Positions 1 to 12,960 of a stretch of DNA of 64,000 nucleotides are shown here, piece after piece; the stretch's first letter is position 1; every line of letters begins with the position of its first letter. The stretch is from contig NC_045696.1 of the NCBI RefSeq assembly GCF_009834535.1, forward strand, positions 5,582,001-5,646,000. Direction: 5' to 3'. The position numbers were made by a program, and so were the translations under genes. The notes beneath the pieces are model-generated. The model was given only the letters and a program-made list of their open reading frames with translations, made no database searches and had not been told where the DNA came from. The stretch comes from Camelus ferus (lineage: Eukaryota).

Positions 1-1371
1 CATCTTGCCTCCCAAATGCTGCCCCAACCTGTCAACAAGTAGGTAATATACATCTTAGCATCTTGTGGTTAAGAACCCCAGAAGCTTGGGTTGGTGGACG
101 GGGAAATCCATGTCATTAAAGGAGACCATGGTTTCTGTCTACATTTCTCATTTTTTTAATCAATGTGATATTCTTCTACAAACATTTTTCCCCATTAAAA
201 GAGCACCCTCTGAGTGTCTACAAGTGTGTGCTGGGTGAGCACGGGCAATAGTTGAGATCAGAGACAAACATGACTCAGACACTCACTTAGCGGGTCTGTC
301 ACTCGGCTTAACACCGCCAGCCGCTGGAGGGAACTGTCAGCACTGCACACTTGAAAATGGTTCTTAACACACAAATGAAAGGCTTGAAAAATGGCCAACT
401 CTGAAGAAGGTCTGTAAGTCTACCTAGCAGAGATATTCCTGGTTTCCATCTCTACTGTGTCATTTGAGATGTCACCCCTGGGGGACGCCAGGGGAAGGGC
501 ACACAGGACTCGGCACTGTGTCCCTGCGAGTGTGTAGCTGTTTCCAGATAAAAGGTTAAAACACTTTCACACTTCCTCATCAGGAATGGTGGGGCTGAAT
601 CAGGCTGTGAGCTCTCACTTTGCTCTCCCTACTACAGAAAATTAGAGAGAGAAGAAAGCCACTGTCCCTCCCCACACTCCAAGGAAGATGGCCACGTGCC
701 TGCTCTGGTTCCCCGTCCCTAGGGAAGAAGTGATAGGCCTTGCTTTTCAAAGCCCTGGGCTCGGAGAGGCGATGAAGCTAGATGCTCCCTGGAAGGAAGA
801 GCTTGGAGCTGAGATGGGTGCAGCCAGGTGGAAGAGAGAAGCGGGCAGAAGGTGGTGGGTGTCCCAGGAGTGACGCCCGATACAGAGGCTGAGTCAGGGA
901 CCACTGGGGCATCTGGGGAGCACCTGGGCACTCTGCCCCAGGGAGCAGCCGAATGTGGTCAGAGGGCTGGAGCCCAGCCAGGGCAGAGGGCCTGACCCAC
1001 ACGGAGATACCAGCTCTCAACAGTGGCAACGAGCAGCATAAACCACGTCCCAGCGTGACCACCACAAAGAACCAGAGCCCTCGCCCCGTCCCGCCACCAC
1101 TGAGAAGCCAGGATGACTCTGAGTCCCTAGGGAAGACTGAGTCTCCCAAACACCTCGCCGGGATTGAATTTCCTGCCAGCCCGGGGTTGCGGGGGGAGGT
1201 GCGGGCAGGCAGGAATCTCATCACGTCCAGAGGAATCACTGACGCCAACATTCCATGCACATGAGTCTCTGGAACCAAATCTCAGCGCACAAATATCATG
1301 GGGTGTTACCTCCCTCACAGCGTGCTGGTCAGAGAAGGGAGCACGGGAAGCTGCTGTGTAAAGACAGTGGT

Positions 1372-1560
1372 GGGGTACGGGGGTGTACAGCTCAGGTGCA
1401 GAGCACACGCTTAGCATGCACGAGGTCCTGGGTTCAATTCCCGGTGTCGCCATGAAATAAATAAACACATAAACCTAATTACTTCCCAATAAATAATAAA
1501 TAAATAAATAAATAAATAAGAACCTAATTACCTCCCCCCAAAAATAAACAAATACAAAAT
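1372..1560 (+). mobile_element. tRNA-Ala-derived SINE (Vic-1-like), duplicated tail motif
   Basis: tRNA head (AGCTCAG...CTTAGCAT...GGTTCAATTCCC), (AAAT)n, and AACCTAATTACYTCCC twice. Confidence 0.9.
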
Positions 1561-3734
1561 GGGCAGGGAGGAGCAGAAGGTAAGAAGCCATGAAATCTTC
1601 TCCAGATGGTTTCAACAGAGCAGTTTTTATCTAAAAGCCTTGGGTTTATCTGGGCAGTAATTATCCAGAAAAGCCTACTAAGATGTGACTGGTACTTTAA
1701 AAATCCATGTTAGGAAGGTCGAACACGGTGCTCGAGTTGCCCTATCTGTTCATCACAAATGAGCCCACGGAAGCCCGGGTGCGCAGCGGGGAAGGTGTGA
1801 GGACGAATGGCCAGGCCGGCCTTCCTACCTTAACCCTGAAAAACAATCCGAAACCAGAAATGCCGACAGAAGGCTCTCGAAGCACAGAAACACAAGGAGT
1901 ATTCTAAATATCAGGTCGTTTCTGCCTCCTTTTTAAATTTCAATCATGTTTTCTATGTAGTCAGTCCCAAAGCTGATCATGTGATGATGTCGTTTTTCAT
2001 GTTCACTGACAGATCATGGTTTTTTTTTTCTTTCTTATTTAACTGAATTACAGTAAGTCAAAGAGTATGACTTGTCAGATGGGAAGAAGTCAAAATCTAT
2101 CTTCCCGCAGAGCAACTATTATTAAAGAATGGGTCACTGATGTTAATACTCTGTGCATCCAAAATAAGAATGTCTCCTATTTAGTTACTTCTTCATCACA
2201 GCCAGTGCAAAAATAACAAAACGATTTTTTAAATTTCTATAGGAGTCACAAGATTATAATTTACTTTATAAAGGGCTCACGATTTTTTAAAAAAATATTT
2301 ACAAAGAGAATCGCCAGGCTGGATGGCTTTTCACATCATCAGATTAACCAGCCCAGCGGCTGAGCCTCTGAAGCAAATCCCAGTCTTGCTGCGGGAGGCA
2401 GGGTCTGATTATAAACACGCTACCTTCCTCTTGGTCTCCCAGGCAAAAGGGATTGGGGTGTAATGTGTTTTATCTTTGTCTCTGTCTTATAAGGAGTAAA
2501 CTAAATTTCAATGCATAAATCAATAATGCTGTAAGAGTGCATTAGGAAATTCATGAAAAGTTCAAATTATAAAAACATGGATTTATTTAAATTATAAGAT
2601 AAGTAAACTGTATGTCATTTTAAATTTATTATCTCTGAATTATACAGGCTGCCATGAAACTCTACCTAACTTCTAGGTCAAGGTTGAAGATCTTGTGTTT
2701 CTTCAAAGCAGAAACTTCAAAGAGTCTTAAATTATCAATATTCTGAAATAGCAGTGTTCAAATATGAGGGAATTTACTGCCGTGGTTCCTCTCAAATTTA
2801 AATTTCTTAGGATAAAGACAAACTGATGACAACCCGCGTTTTCCAAAGCGGGGTTGTCAGTCTTGGCCCCTTTCCTAACTACATTCCTTCTGCTAGGAAC
2901 AAGGGTCCAGTCATTTTAAAAGCTGTCCATGCCTCTCCTGGAATCAATAAATAGGTATCAATGCAAACGATCAGGGTTTGGTAAACAGCCTTTGCTACAC
3001 TGGACCAAGGCAGAAGCACACTGAAATTCCCCAAGGGGTAGCTCAGTCGGATGCGGGCAACCCCACCCTATTCAGGCTCCCTGGATGCCAAGGTCTCCAC
3101 CTTGCCTGGGTTCCCAGCCACATCTCCAGAATTCCTTGAATAAGCAGCCTGTCTGATCGCCCGCTACCTTAGCGTGGTGCTTCTAGCAACATAGTCTCCC
3201 CCTGGCCCTTTATCCTGCAGCCCCTGAGCTGGAATCCCTTTAGAATCAGATCACAGGCCCTGCTTCCGCCAGGACCTGCCCTTCCCCTGACTGGATGTGA
3301 GCTGGCATGGGCTTCCGTCCCCACAGCCCCCCTCTTGTCCTCAGCTCCTGTCGGCTCCCCACAAAGCCTCTTGGTGGATATACTCTGGGAGTCCGTCACG
3401 GCCCATAACCAAACCGTAAGATCTCTCATGTTAGAAAGAACATGAACCCAACTTAATCTGAACAACACAACGACCAGTTGTTGGAGCCTGTGCAGCCTGT
3501 CCCTCCAGGCCTGGGTCCAGGCTCCTTTCTCAGTCTTCCTTTAAGCCGCCTACCCACTTCCCACATGGCAATTAGCGCACTGAGTGAAAATTGCCTGCTT
3601 TTTTCCGGCTACACCCTCAGCTCCCTACTTTCACACTCACTGTTGTGTGCCCAGAAGGACGGCCGACACCTGGTAGGAGCTCCAAAAACACTTGTGGAAC
3701 TGAACTGAAGCCAGTGAAAACAGCAAACACTCAC

Positions 3735-3827
3735 ATCCTTTTCCTGGGATCCGGTGAGGTCGCCCGCATCTTCATTCTCCTCTTTTTCTGCCCCGTGCTC
3801 TCCACTCTCTTCAGTCTTCTCCGTTCC
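3735..3827 (-). CDS. SH3BGR: SH3BGR acidic-tail exon (GTEKTEESGEHGAEKEENEDAGDLTGSQEKD)
   Basis: ttcctttctgaccag|GGA ... GAT|gtgagt, 93 nt, phase 0/0; Glu-rich like human GSEKAEEGGETEAQKE... Confidence 0.92.
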
Positions 3828-4191
3828 CTGGTCAGAAAGGAAACCCATGGTGTCACCAACCTTGGATAAGCTTCCAGGTAAACACCAGACCACGTGTGCT
3901 GTGGTTTTCTGACTTAAGACATACAGCATGTAAATGAAGCAAACATGGACCTCTACCTATGAATCACAGCCACCAGAGGACAGGGTCGCCAACTTCGACG
4001 TCGCTGATTGGATCTGTCGGTGTCAGTCAACAGAGCCGACTCCCGTGTATGTAGGGTAAGACAGACCCTAACAAGAAGTTCATTCACCCATTTAAGGCTT
4101 ATGAAGACAATGCCAAAGGGTTCCATACTTAGGCAGTATTGGTTTTCTATTGCTTACGTGGAAAGGGGCTTTATAATTTTAAAGACTGAAA

Positions 4192-4209
4192 AAGATAGAT
4201 GATAGAAAG

Positions 4210-4277
<68 letters not shown>

Positions 4278-4335
4278 CGTAGGTAGATAGATAGGCAGGC
4301 AGGCAGATAGACAGACAGATGGAGGAGGTAGATGG
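4192..4335. repeat. (GATA)n STR with a pure (GATA)17 core at 4210-4277
   Basis: Direct count. Confidence 0.97.
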
Positions 4336-4446
4336 ACAACTAGACAGGGAAAGATTAGAATCTGTAGAAGGATTCTAGAAAGATTAGAAAGATTACATTC
4401 TGAGGAAGTAGGTCTTTGGGAAGGTGGTTCGAGACTCGACTCTCAC

Positions 4447-4521
4447 CTCTGCAGCGCTCTGTGCCTCTCCGGCCATGTCACCACTGGGAAGGGAAGACTC
4501 CTCCTCAGGCAATTTTGTCAC
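4447..4521 (-). CDS. SH3BGR: SH3BGR 75-nt cassette-type exon (VTKLPEEESSLPSGDMAGEAQSAAE)
   Basis: atgcag|GTG ... GAG|gtgaga, frame-preserving; resembles a segment recalled from mouse Sh3bgr (VTKSEEASSLPNGDVAGEAEGAAE). Confidence 0.8.
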
Positions 4522-5049
4522 CTGCATCATATAAATTAAGACTGGTTGAGAATTTTCTTGAGGATAGTAGCTTGTGTCCCAACATTGTTTAATCATTCAA
4601 AGTATGTTTGTCTTCACCCCGCACTTCCTCTTTACCGCACCACCAAAACCGACGTTGGTAGGGCAGTCCCTGCTGCTCACACCTTAGAGACAAGAAAATA
4701 AAAGCAAAAAAGCGTCACACTGCAAGTTAGGGGCAGGGCTGGCATACACTTTCTACTTTATGTTTTCTTGACTTATCCAGTGGCTCCCAGTCTTTTAAAA
4801 TAGTAGGTTATTTTTCTCATCATAAGGAAAAAACTTGTAACCATGTGAGGTGATGAATGCTAACTAAACTTATTGTGGTGATCATTTTGCAATAAATATA
4901 TACCAAATCATTATGCTGTACCCCTTAAACTAATACAATGTTACATTTTAATTATACCTTAGTAAAACTGGGGTGGGGGATTATTTTTATTACAAAGGCC
5001 CTTCAAGCTCCTGGAAACAATTTGAGCCACATACACACCCTCCAGCCCC

Positions 5050-7950
5050 AGGCTCCTACAGTACTTACTATCAGAATTTTTACATGTACCTAACTCTATT
5101 GTAATACAGACACGGAGGCTATTTTTGTTTTATTTTTGTGGTTTTTTAAAAATAGAAATGGGAACACACTATGCACAGCTTAATTTTTTAGCTTGATGTC
5201 TCATGGACATTTGTCCAGATTCATTCATGTGGTTCTAACTCACCATTTTTAACATCTCCTTCATATTAAATATATAATCATTTATTCAAATATTTCCCGA
5301 TTGATGGTTATTCAGAACGTCCCCACGTCTGTGCCTCTACCAACAACACTATACTGAACTGCATAAAATTGTGGGGAAGATTAGATTTCCTTCTAAAAAT
5401 AGAAACTGCCACAATTCACAGTCCCACGGGACAAGGTGCCTGTCCCCGTCCCCTTTGTCCTCGTCACCAGTGAAGACGACTGCTCGCTTTAATCTTTGCC
5501 AACCTGTTGGGGAGAAACTGGAATTTCATTTTTGTCTTAATTTACATTTTCCTCTTTACTGAAAAGGAAGGGCATATTTTTCATGAGTTTTAGCTACTTA
5601 CATTTCCTGTTCAGATAAATGCCTTCACGTGTTTTGCCCGTTTTTATGGGTTGTTTGTCTTCTACTGTGAATATTCAGAGGTTCTTTATATAATAGAAAT
5701 ATTAGGCCTTTACCAGGTCACAAATTTTTTTTCCAGGCTATGATTTTTTACAACTTGTGTGATTTTTTGTTTTGTAGCCTTTTATACACAAATTTAGCTA
5801 ACTTTTATTCTCTGAAATGTAGTTTTATTATTTTATATCAGCTATTAACATCTACAGATTTAACCCACCTGGAATCTAATTTTGTATATAATGTTAAGTA
5901 GGGCTCTGTTTTTTTCCAGACAGATGACAAATTGTGCCTGTACTATTTATATGCCATCATTTTCCACTGAATTAAGATAAACAACAAGTTCATACTGTAC
6001 AGCACAGGGAACTATATTCAATATCTTGTAGTAATCTGTGGTGAAAAAGAACATGAAAATGAATATATGTCTGTACATGTATGACTGAAGCATTACGCTG
6101 TACATCAGATATTGACACAACATTGTAAACTGACTGTATTTCAACAAATGTATATATACAAACTTAAAATAACACTATTAAGTCAAAAACAGATGTTATT
6201 CTTGTCATTTATTAAGTTATATATGTATACTTGGATCCGTTAACACACTCGTCTATACATAAATATATAAACATATCCATGGACATATTTATCAGTTCCC
6301 ATGTAAATATATAGCTTTTATCACAGTAGTTTTTAACATGAATTTTAATATTCAGAAAAGCAAGTTGCTACACAAAGTCTCCTTTTTCAAAAAATGTTTG
6401 GCTCTCCTCAGGCATTCACTATTCCAATACATTTTAAGATCACTTTTTCTAGTGTCAAAAATATTTTAATAGGTTTTTCGTTGAAGTAGTAGTAAATGTA
6501 TTTATTACTTTAGAAATGTTTCACTTCTTATTGTCAAGGCATCCTATCCTAGGATACCATAGGTCTCTCTAACTAGTATTTGTTGGTGTCTGCCTTTCAG
6601 ATAAATTTATTTCTAAACATTTTATAGACTTTTATCACCATTTTGAATGGGATTTGTTTTCTACATGTTAACTTCCTATCCATTATTGTTGATACAAATA
6701 AAGGCTACTACTTTTTGTATGTTTTTATTTTACCCAGAAATTTCATAAACTATCTTATTAATTCTAATGGCTTTTATTGGAGTTTCTTGAGATTTCTAGG
6801 CATACAATTATATCATGCACAAATAAAGATAATTTTTATATTTCATATGTGTTATATACACATGAGATACTTCATTTTTTTACTTTATTGTGATAACTAC
6901 AGCCTCTAAAACAATGTTTAATGATGTGATGGTGACAGGCATGCCTATCTTGCTTCCAATTTTAAGAGAAATGCTTCAATATTTCATGGTTCATTATGAT
7001 ATAGCTGTCTTTTGATAATTGACATTTATCATATTTAATCAGTTTACTTCTACTATATTTTAATCCATGTTTCTTTTAACTAGGAATATCTGATGACATA
7101 TAAAATATCTTCTTGGTATTTATAGACACAATCTTATGGATTTTCTTCATTAAAAATTCCATATAATGAACTATGTTGATAAAATAAATTCTACTTTAAT
7201 TTGAGGTATTGCCTTTAATTCATTGCTAGATACAGTTTACTAACGTATTATTCAGACTTTTCCCCTCTGAATGCATAACAAAATTTGATCCAGGTATAAC
7301 TGAAAGTGTTCTAAGTAACATGTCAACTGGTCAGGGGTTTCACCTATTTCATTTGTCTGTTCAAATTATATATAGTCAAATTACACATAAATGTACTCAA
7401 GTTATATGTAAGTTATGTACATATATACACACAGAGATGCGCACACATACTTCCCTTTTGTATTAAATTAATCTTGGTTTTTCTATTTGTTGATCCTCTG
7501 CCTACATTTTTATTCTATTTTTCTGCTTTCCTACTTTTATAAGTTGAATATTTATTTTACTAAATTTTTACCTTTCCTTTTTAATTATAATAATATTTAA
7601 AGTTAGCAATTTTCCTCTGTATAGGTATTTGGCTAGATACTGGGTTTGGGGTATGAAATAATCTCTTTTGCTTATTATTTGATGATTTGTAATCTCCATT
7701 TCATTTTCCCTTGGATATGGAGTTATTTGAAATGGTATATATAATTATTTCTTAAGCCTTTATGATATTTCTCTTTCAAGTTGTAATGATACACTTGGGA
7801 TAAAAATGTAGTCTGTAAAATCATCCCTTTTAGAAATTTATGAAGGTTTTCTTTGTAACCAAGAACATAATAGATTTGGAAATTGTTCAGAAAGTGTAAG
7901 AGAAGGATACATTCTATTAATATCTATCTAATATACTTTTATTCTTGTGT
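5050..7950 (-). mobile_element. Old degraded L1 (L1ME-like) fragments
   Basis: T-rich decayed antisense L1 ORF2-like sequence; boundaries approximate. Confidence 0.6.
5974..6160 (+). mobile_element. Short L1 3' terminus (young family)
   Basis: CTGTACAGCACAGGGAACTATATTCAATATCTTGTA...ACATTGTAAACTGACTGTATTTCAA; related to the 41877 copy. Confidence 0.82.
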
Positions 7951-7995
7951 GTATGTACATATATCCTATACATATCTATTAAATTGCTTGCTGTC

Positions 7996-10215
7996 ACAAA
8001 AGACCCCGAATAGCCAAAATCATCTTAAAAAGGAAAAACAAAACTAGAGGTATCATGCTCCCTGGTTTCAAACTATACTACAAAGCCACAAAATCAAACA
8101 GCATGACACTGGCACAAAAACAGGCACACAGATCAATGGAACAGAATAGAGAGCCCAGAAATAAACTCACACACTCATGGTCACTTAATCAATGACAAGG
8201 AGGCAAGAATATACAGCAAGAAAAAGACAGTCTCTTCAATAAATGGTGTTGGGAAACTGAACAGCTACATGCAAAAGAATCAAACTGGAGTACCTTCTCA
8301 TACCATGTACAGAAACAAACTCAAAATGGAGTGAAGACCTAAATGTAAGACCTGAAACCATAAAATTTCTAGAAGAAAACATAAGCAGTATGTTCTTTGA
8401 CATCAGTCTTGGCGGTATTTTTTTTGGATACGTCTCCTCAGACAAGGGAAACAAAAGCAAACACAAAGTGGACTACATCACACTTAAAGCTTTTGCACAG
8501 CAAAGGAAACTATCAACAAAACAAAAGGCTGCCTACTGAATGGGAGAAGATATTTGCAAACAATACATCTGGTAAGGGATTAATATCCAAAATATACAAA
8601 AAATCCATATTACTCAACATGAAAAAAAATTTTAACGGGCAGAGGACCTGAATAGACATTTTTCCAAAGAAGACACACCGAAGGCCAACAGCACCTGAAA
8701 AGATGCTCAACATCACTACTTACTAAGGAAATGCAAATCAAAACCACAATGAGATATCACCTCACACCTGTCAGAATGGCTATTATCAAAAAGACAACAA
8801 ATAACAAGAGTTGGTGAGAATGTGGGGAAAAGGGAACCCTCATACACTGCTGATGAAATTATAAATTGGCGCAGTTACTACGGAAGAAAGTATGGAGATT
8901 CCTCAAAGAATTAAAAATAGAACTATCATATATTCCAGCAATTCTACTCCTGGGTATTTATCTGAAGAAAATGAAAACACTCATCTGAAAAAGTATATGC
9001 ACCCCAATGTTCCTTGCAGCATTATTTACAATAGTCAAGATATGAAAGCAACTTAGGTGCCCATCAACAGATGAGTGGATAAAGAAGATGTGGTTTGTAT
9101 ATTTATATACAATGGAATATTACTCAGCCATAAAAAAGAGTGGAATCTTGCAACAACATGGATGGACCTAGAGGGTGATCTGCCAAGTAAAATAAGTCAG
9201 AGAGAGAAAGACAAATACTGTACGATTTCACTTATATGTGAAATCTAAAAAACAAAACAAATGAACAAACATAACCAAACAGAAACAGAGTCATAGATAC
9301 AAACAGATGGTTGCCGGAGGGGAGGGGAATGGAGGGAGGAGAAAAGTAGGTAAGGGAGATTAAGAGGACAAACTTTCTTCATGGAGCACAGCCCCATTGT
9401 ACATCCAACTGCAACTGGGTCCAAGGATGCCTCTTTGCAGGATGCCAAGAGAATCTGAGACCCTTCTCAAAATCTGCTGACTCTTCTGCCTGTGATTTAT
9501 AGCCTGAATCGAGATGCTTGCTGGTGTGCCTGAGTGTTTTTCAGAACACTTGGAGATTTAGGTCGCTTCAAGAATAGTTTTATCCTACAAATAAAGTGTC
9601 AACTAGGAGCTCAGGGGAATAAACAGAGGTACAAACTTTCAGTTACAAAATAAATGAAGTCACTGTTATGAACTGTACAGTATGAGGAATATAGTCAATA
9701 ATGCTGTAATATCTCTGTATGATGACTGATGGTAACTAGACTTACCATGGCGATCATTTTGAAATGTACCGATATACTGAATCACTATGTTGTGTACCAG
9801 GAACTAACATAGTGTTGTTGGTCAAGTATACTTCAAAAACAAACAAACTCATAGGAAACAATTTGTGGTTACCAGAGGCAGGAGGAGAGGGAGGAGAGTT
9901 GGATGAAAGGTGGACATAAGGTACATATCTCCAGTTATAAGGTAAGTATTGTGGGTGTACTGTCTAATATGATAAATATAATTAACACTGCTGTACATTA
10001 TATATGAAAGTTGTTAAGAGAGTAAATCCTAAGGGTTCTCACGCAAGGAAAAACTTTTTTTCTTATTCTTTAATTCTGTATCTATATGAGATGATGCCTG
10101 TTCACCATACTTACTGTGGCTCATTCCATCACAGATGTATGTCAGATCACAATGCTGCGTACCTTAAACTGTTGTGCTACGTGTCAAATATACCTCAATA
10201 AAGCTGGAAGAAAAA
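7996..10215 (+). mobile_element. L1 ORF2 3' end plus 3' UTR (L1MA-like), decayed, interrupted at 9378-9624
   Basis: Classic ORF2 motifs (CAATGGAACAGAATAGAGAGCCCAGAAATA, GAAATGCAAATCAAAACCACAATGAGATATCACCTCACACC); broken ORF 8397..8651. Confidence 0.92.
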
Positions 10216-12194
10216 AGTTTTAAATTTTTAAAAATTAAGTTTGCTGGAAAAAATTAAGCTTGCTCATTCCATGTGTTTGTATGCTTAAAATAGTGTGTAA
10301 TATGTACAAAGTACAATATGTTTATTGAAAGGTATGTTTTTAACAAGTTTCACTATATTTGTAAGAGTTTCTGATTTATGTACTTGACTGTCATGTAGTA
10401 CGACCCATAAAGATCCACGACTGTTATATTTTCTTCATAGATTTTTAACATTTTTCATTATATAAGACCTCTTTTACCTAGCTTAGTGCTTTTATTCAGT
10501 TAATGCTTTTGGTCTTGAATTCCTCTACATATAATATTATTAATGCACTCCAGCTTTCTTTTTGTTTGTTTATTCCCTTCATTTCTATTTTTCTTTGAAT
10601 TATTATTTTATTGTTATAAATAGCATTAGCCTCGATCGTTGTGAAAATCTAATTTCACTGACAATTCCAATCCCAGTACAGGCAAGTAATCTCCTGTAAA
10701 CTCTCTAACAGGTAATGACTATAATCTCAACTCTTTTTACTTTTTATGGAAGTATCATTATTTGTCTAGGTCCAGTAAGAATCTGTGCCCCTGTTACCGG
10801 GGCATAATTGGAAATTGGTTATGCAACCAAGGCCTCACCTGAGTGTGGCATTAAGAGTGATGCTCACAACCAGATGCTTGTGAAGAGCTGGGGTTGACCT
10901 TACGAAGACAGTGCATACTTACAGAGCTATCCCGGGAAAACCGACCTGGCCCTTGGCCTGGGACAGCCCACCTAAGACAAGAAACGTGCTCTAAAAGCAG
11001 TAATGCTGCTTATGATACTGAACATCATTGTATAAGCACACATTCTCTCCATAATACTCAAGAGTGTCTATTTTTAGCTTGAGCAAGATTAATTTCCTTG
11101 CTGACACTTCTCCACGACTTGTTTACTACAAAACGATACTGTGACAAATAACATCGTTTCCATAAATCATCAAGTGTCCGTCTACCCAAAGGATACTTGA
11201 AGGACTTTGCCCGAGTGCCAGGCATAAACACCTGTAAACCCGAGCAATGCTGACAACTCCAAAGGTTCCAGCTCGGACAGTGCTGCTAATTAGCGCAAAC
11301 CACCCAAGTTCCTTGGGCTGCAGCCGCCTCCTCCAGAAAGAGAAGGCTCTGGACTGGATGTCCCCTCAGGTCCCTCTGGGCTGGGCTTTATCATTCCACG
11401 GCCATCCCCTTTTTCCACTTAATCAAACAGAACTTCACACAATATGACAGAACCTAAGCACAAACTGGGGCGGGGGAAGGATCTAAAAACTGAGATTAAC
11501 CTTTTTTTCAATTGAATAAGATGAAACACAGCAGAAGGTGAAACAGAATTACATACATTAGTGTGGCTGTATCTCAACACATAATGTTGATTTTGAAAAA
11601 AGGAAGCTGCAGAACATTCCAAAAAATTGCAATACCATTAAAAATACAAAAAAATATGTATTGCTTGTGAAGATAAATACATAGTTTTATATAGTTTTTT
11701 TAAAAATCCATGATGTTGGTGGTCCCCAAAAAGGAGGGAAACAGGGATGGGGAGAGGAACAAAGTGACCCCATTGTTTCTCTGTAATGTTTGAGTTCTTT
11801 AACTAAAGCAAATATGACATCATATTCACTTTAGAGAGGCATATACATGAATATTTGCTAAGTGAGCCCTAACTTAGTGGCTGTTGAACAGAAGTGTACA
11901 TCAGAATCAACCAAGGAACTTTTTAAAACTGAAGATCCATGACCCTCTCCCCTCATAATTGAGGGTCAGTAGGTCTGAAGTAGAACTCTGTCATCTGAAT
12001 TTTTGTTTAAAGAAAAAAATCACCCACAATCCCACCATCTTCCTAAAGAAACCCGCTGTGAACATTTTTTTTCATCATTCCTTTCATTATATTTTTTTGT
12101 CCCTTGTCTATCCCCTTGTAGTTGAGATGGTATTGAATGTACACTTCAACTGTCTGCTTTTATTCACTTACATTTTTAAAAACTGAATTTTTTA

Positions 12195-12372
12195 GGGCAG
12201 AGATTATCGCTCAGTGGTAGAGTACACGCTTAGCATGCTCGAAGTCCTGGGTTCAATCCCCAGCACCTCCATCTAAATAAATGAATAAATAAATAAACAA
12301 ACAAACAAAACTAATTACCTCCCCAACCCCCCAAAATTTTTAAATGTAAAAAAAAAAATGAATAAAAATTTG
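12195..12372 (+). mobile_element. tRNA-derived SINE (Vic-1-like)
   Basis: A/B boxes, AAAT tail, approximate TSD aaaactgaattttt / aaaactgagttttt. Confidence 0.9.
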
Positions 12373-12459
12373 AAAACTGAGTTTTTAAAAAACTGTCCAA
12401 GTGATTCTTTTGCAAAGCAGCTTGTAATAAAACATAGTAATATTTAAAGAAAAATTAAA

Positions 12460-12960
12460 CAAAAGATACACAAATGGACATAGCTGCATTTTTCATAATG
12501 GTCCCAAAGTGGAAACAACCCAAATGTCCATCAGCGGAGGAATGAGTACGTAAAATGTGGTCTATTCGTACAATGGAATATTATCCCACCATAAAAAGGA
12601 AAGCAGTACTGACATGTACTGCCCCACAGATGAACCTTGACAGCTAAGTGAAAAAAAGCCAGAACAAAGAATAAAATATTGTATGATTAGTCCAGGAGGG
12701 GCAACATCCCAATAAAAGGAATTTCAAAAAGAGCAAAGCAAAGGAAATGGAAACTAATGGGAAGAGAATGACCACAGAAATAGTGCCCCCAGTGTTTCTG
12801 AGAACTGAGGGACATGACTTTCCAGATTTTAAAAAAGCCCAGCAAATGCCCAGCACAAACGAGGAAGAAAAGATCAATTCCAAGCAGCTCCTCATACAAC
12901 TTCAAAACGAAAAGAAGATCCTAAAATCTCCCAGGAACAAGAAAAACAAAAACAGGCACA
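12460..12960 (+). mobile_element. Old L1 fragments (3' end and ORF1-like)
   Basis: GGAAACAACCCAAATGTCCATCA...CAATGGAATATTAT motif. Confidence 0.7.

Noticed and set aside
5393..5402. Perfect MEF2 site CTAAAAATAG
   Set aside because: Isolated motif in AT-rich L1-like debris where matches are expected by chance.
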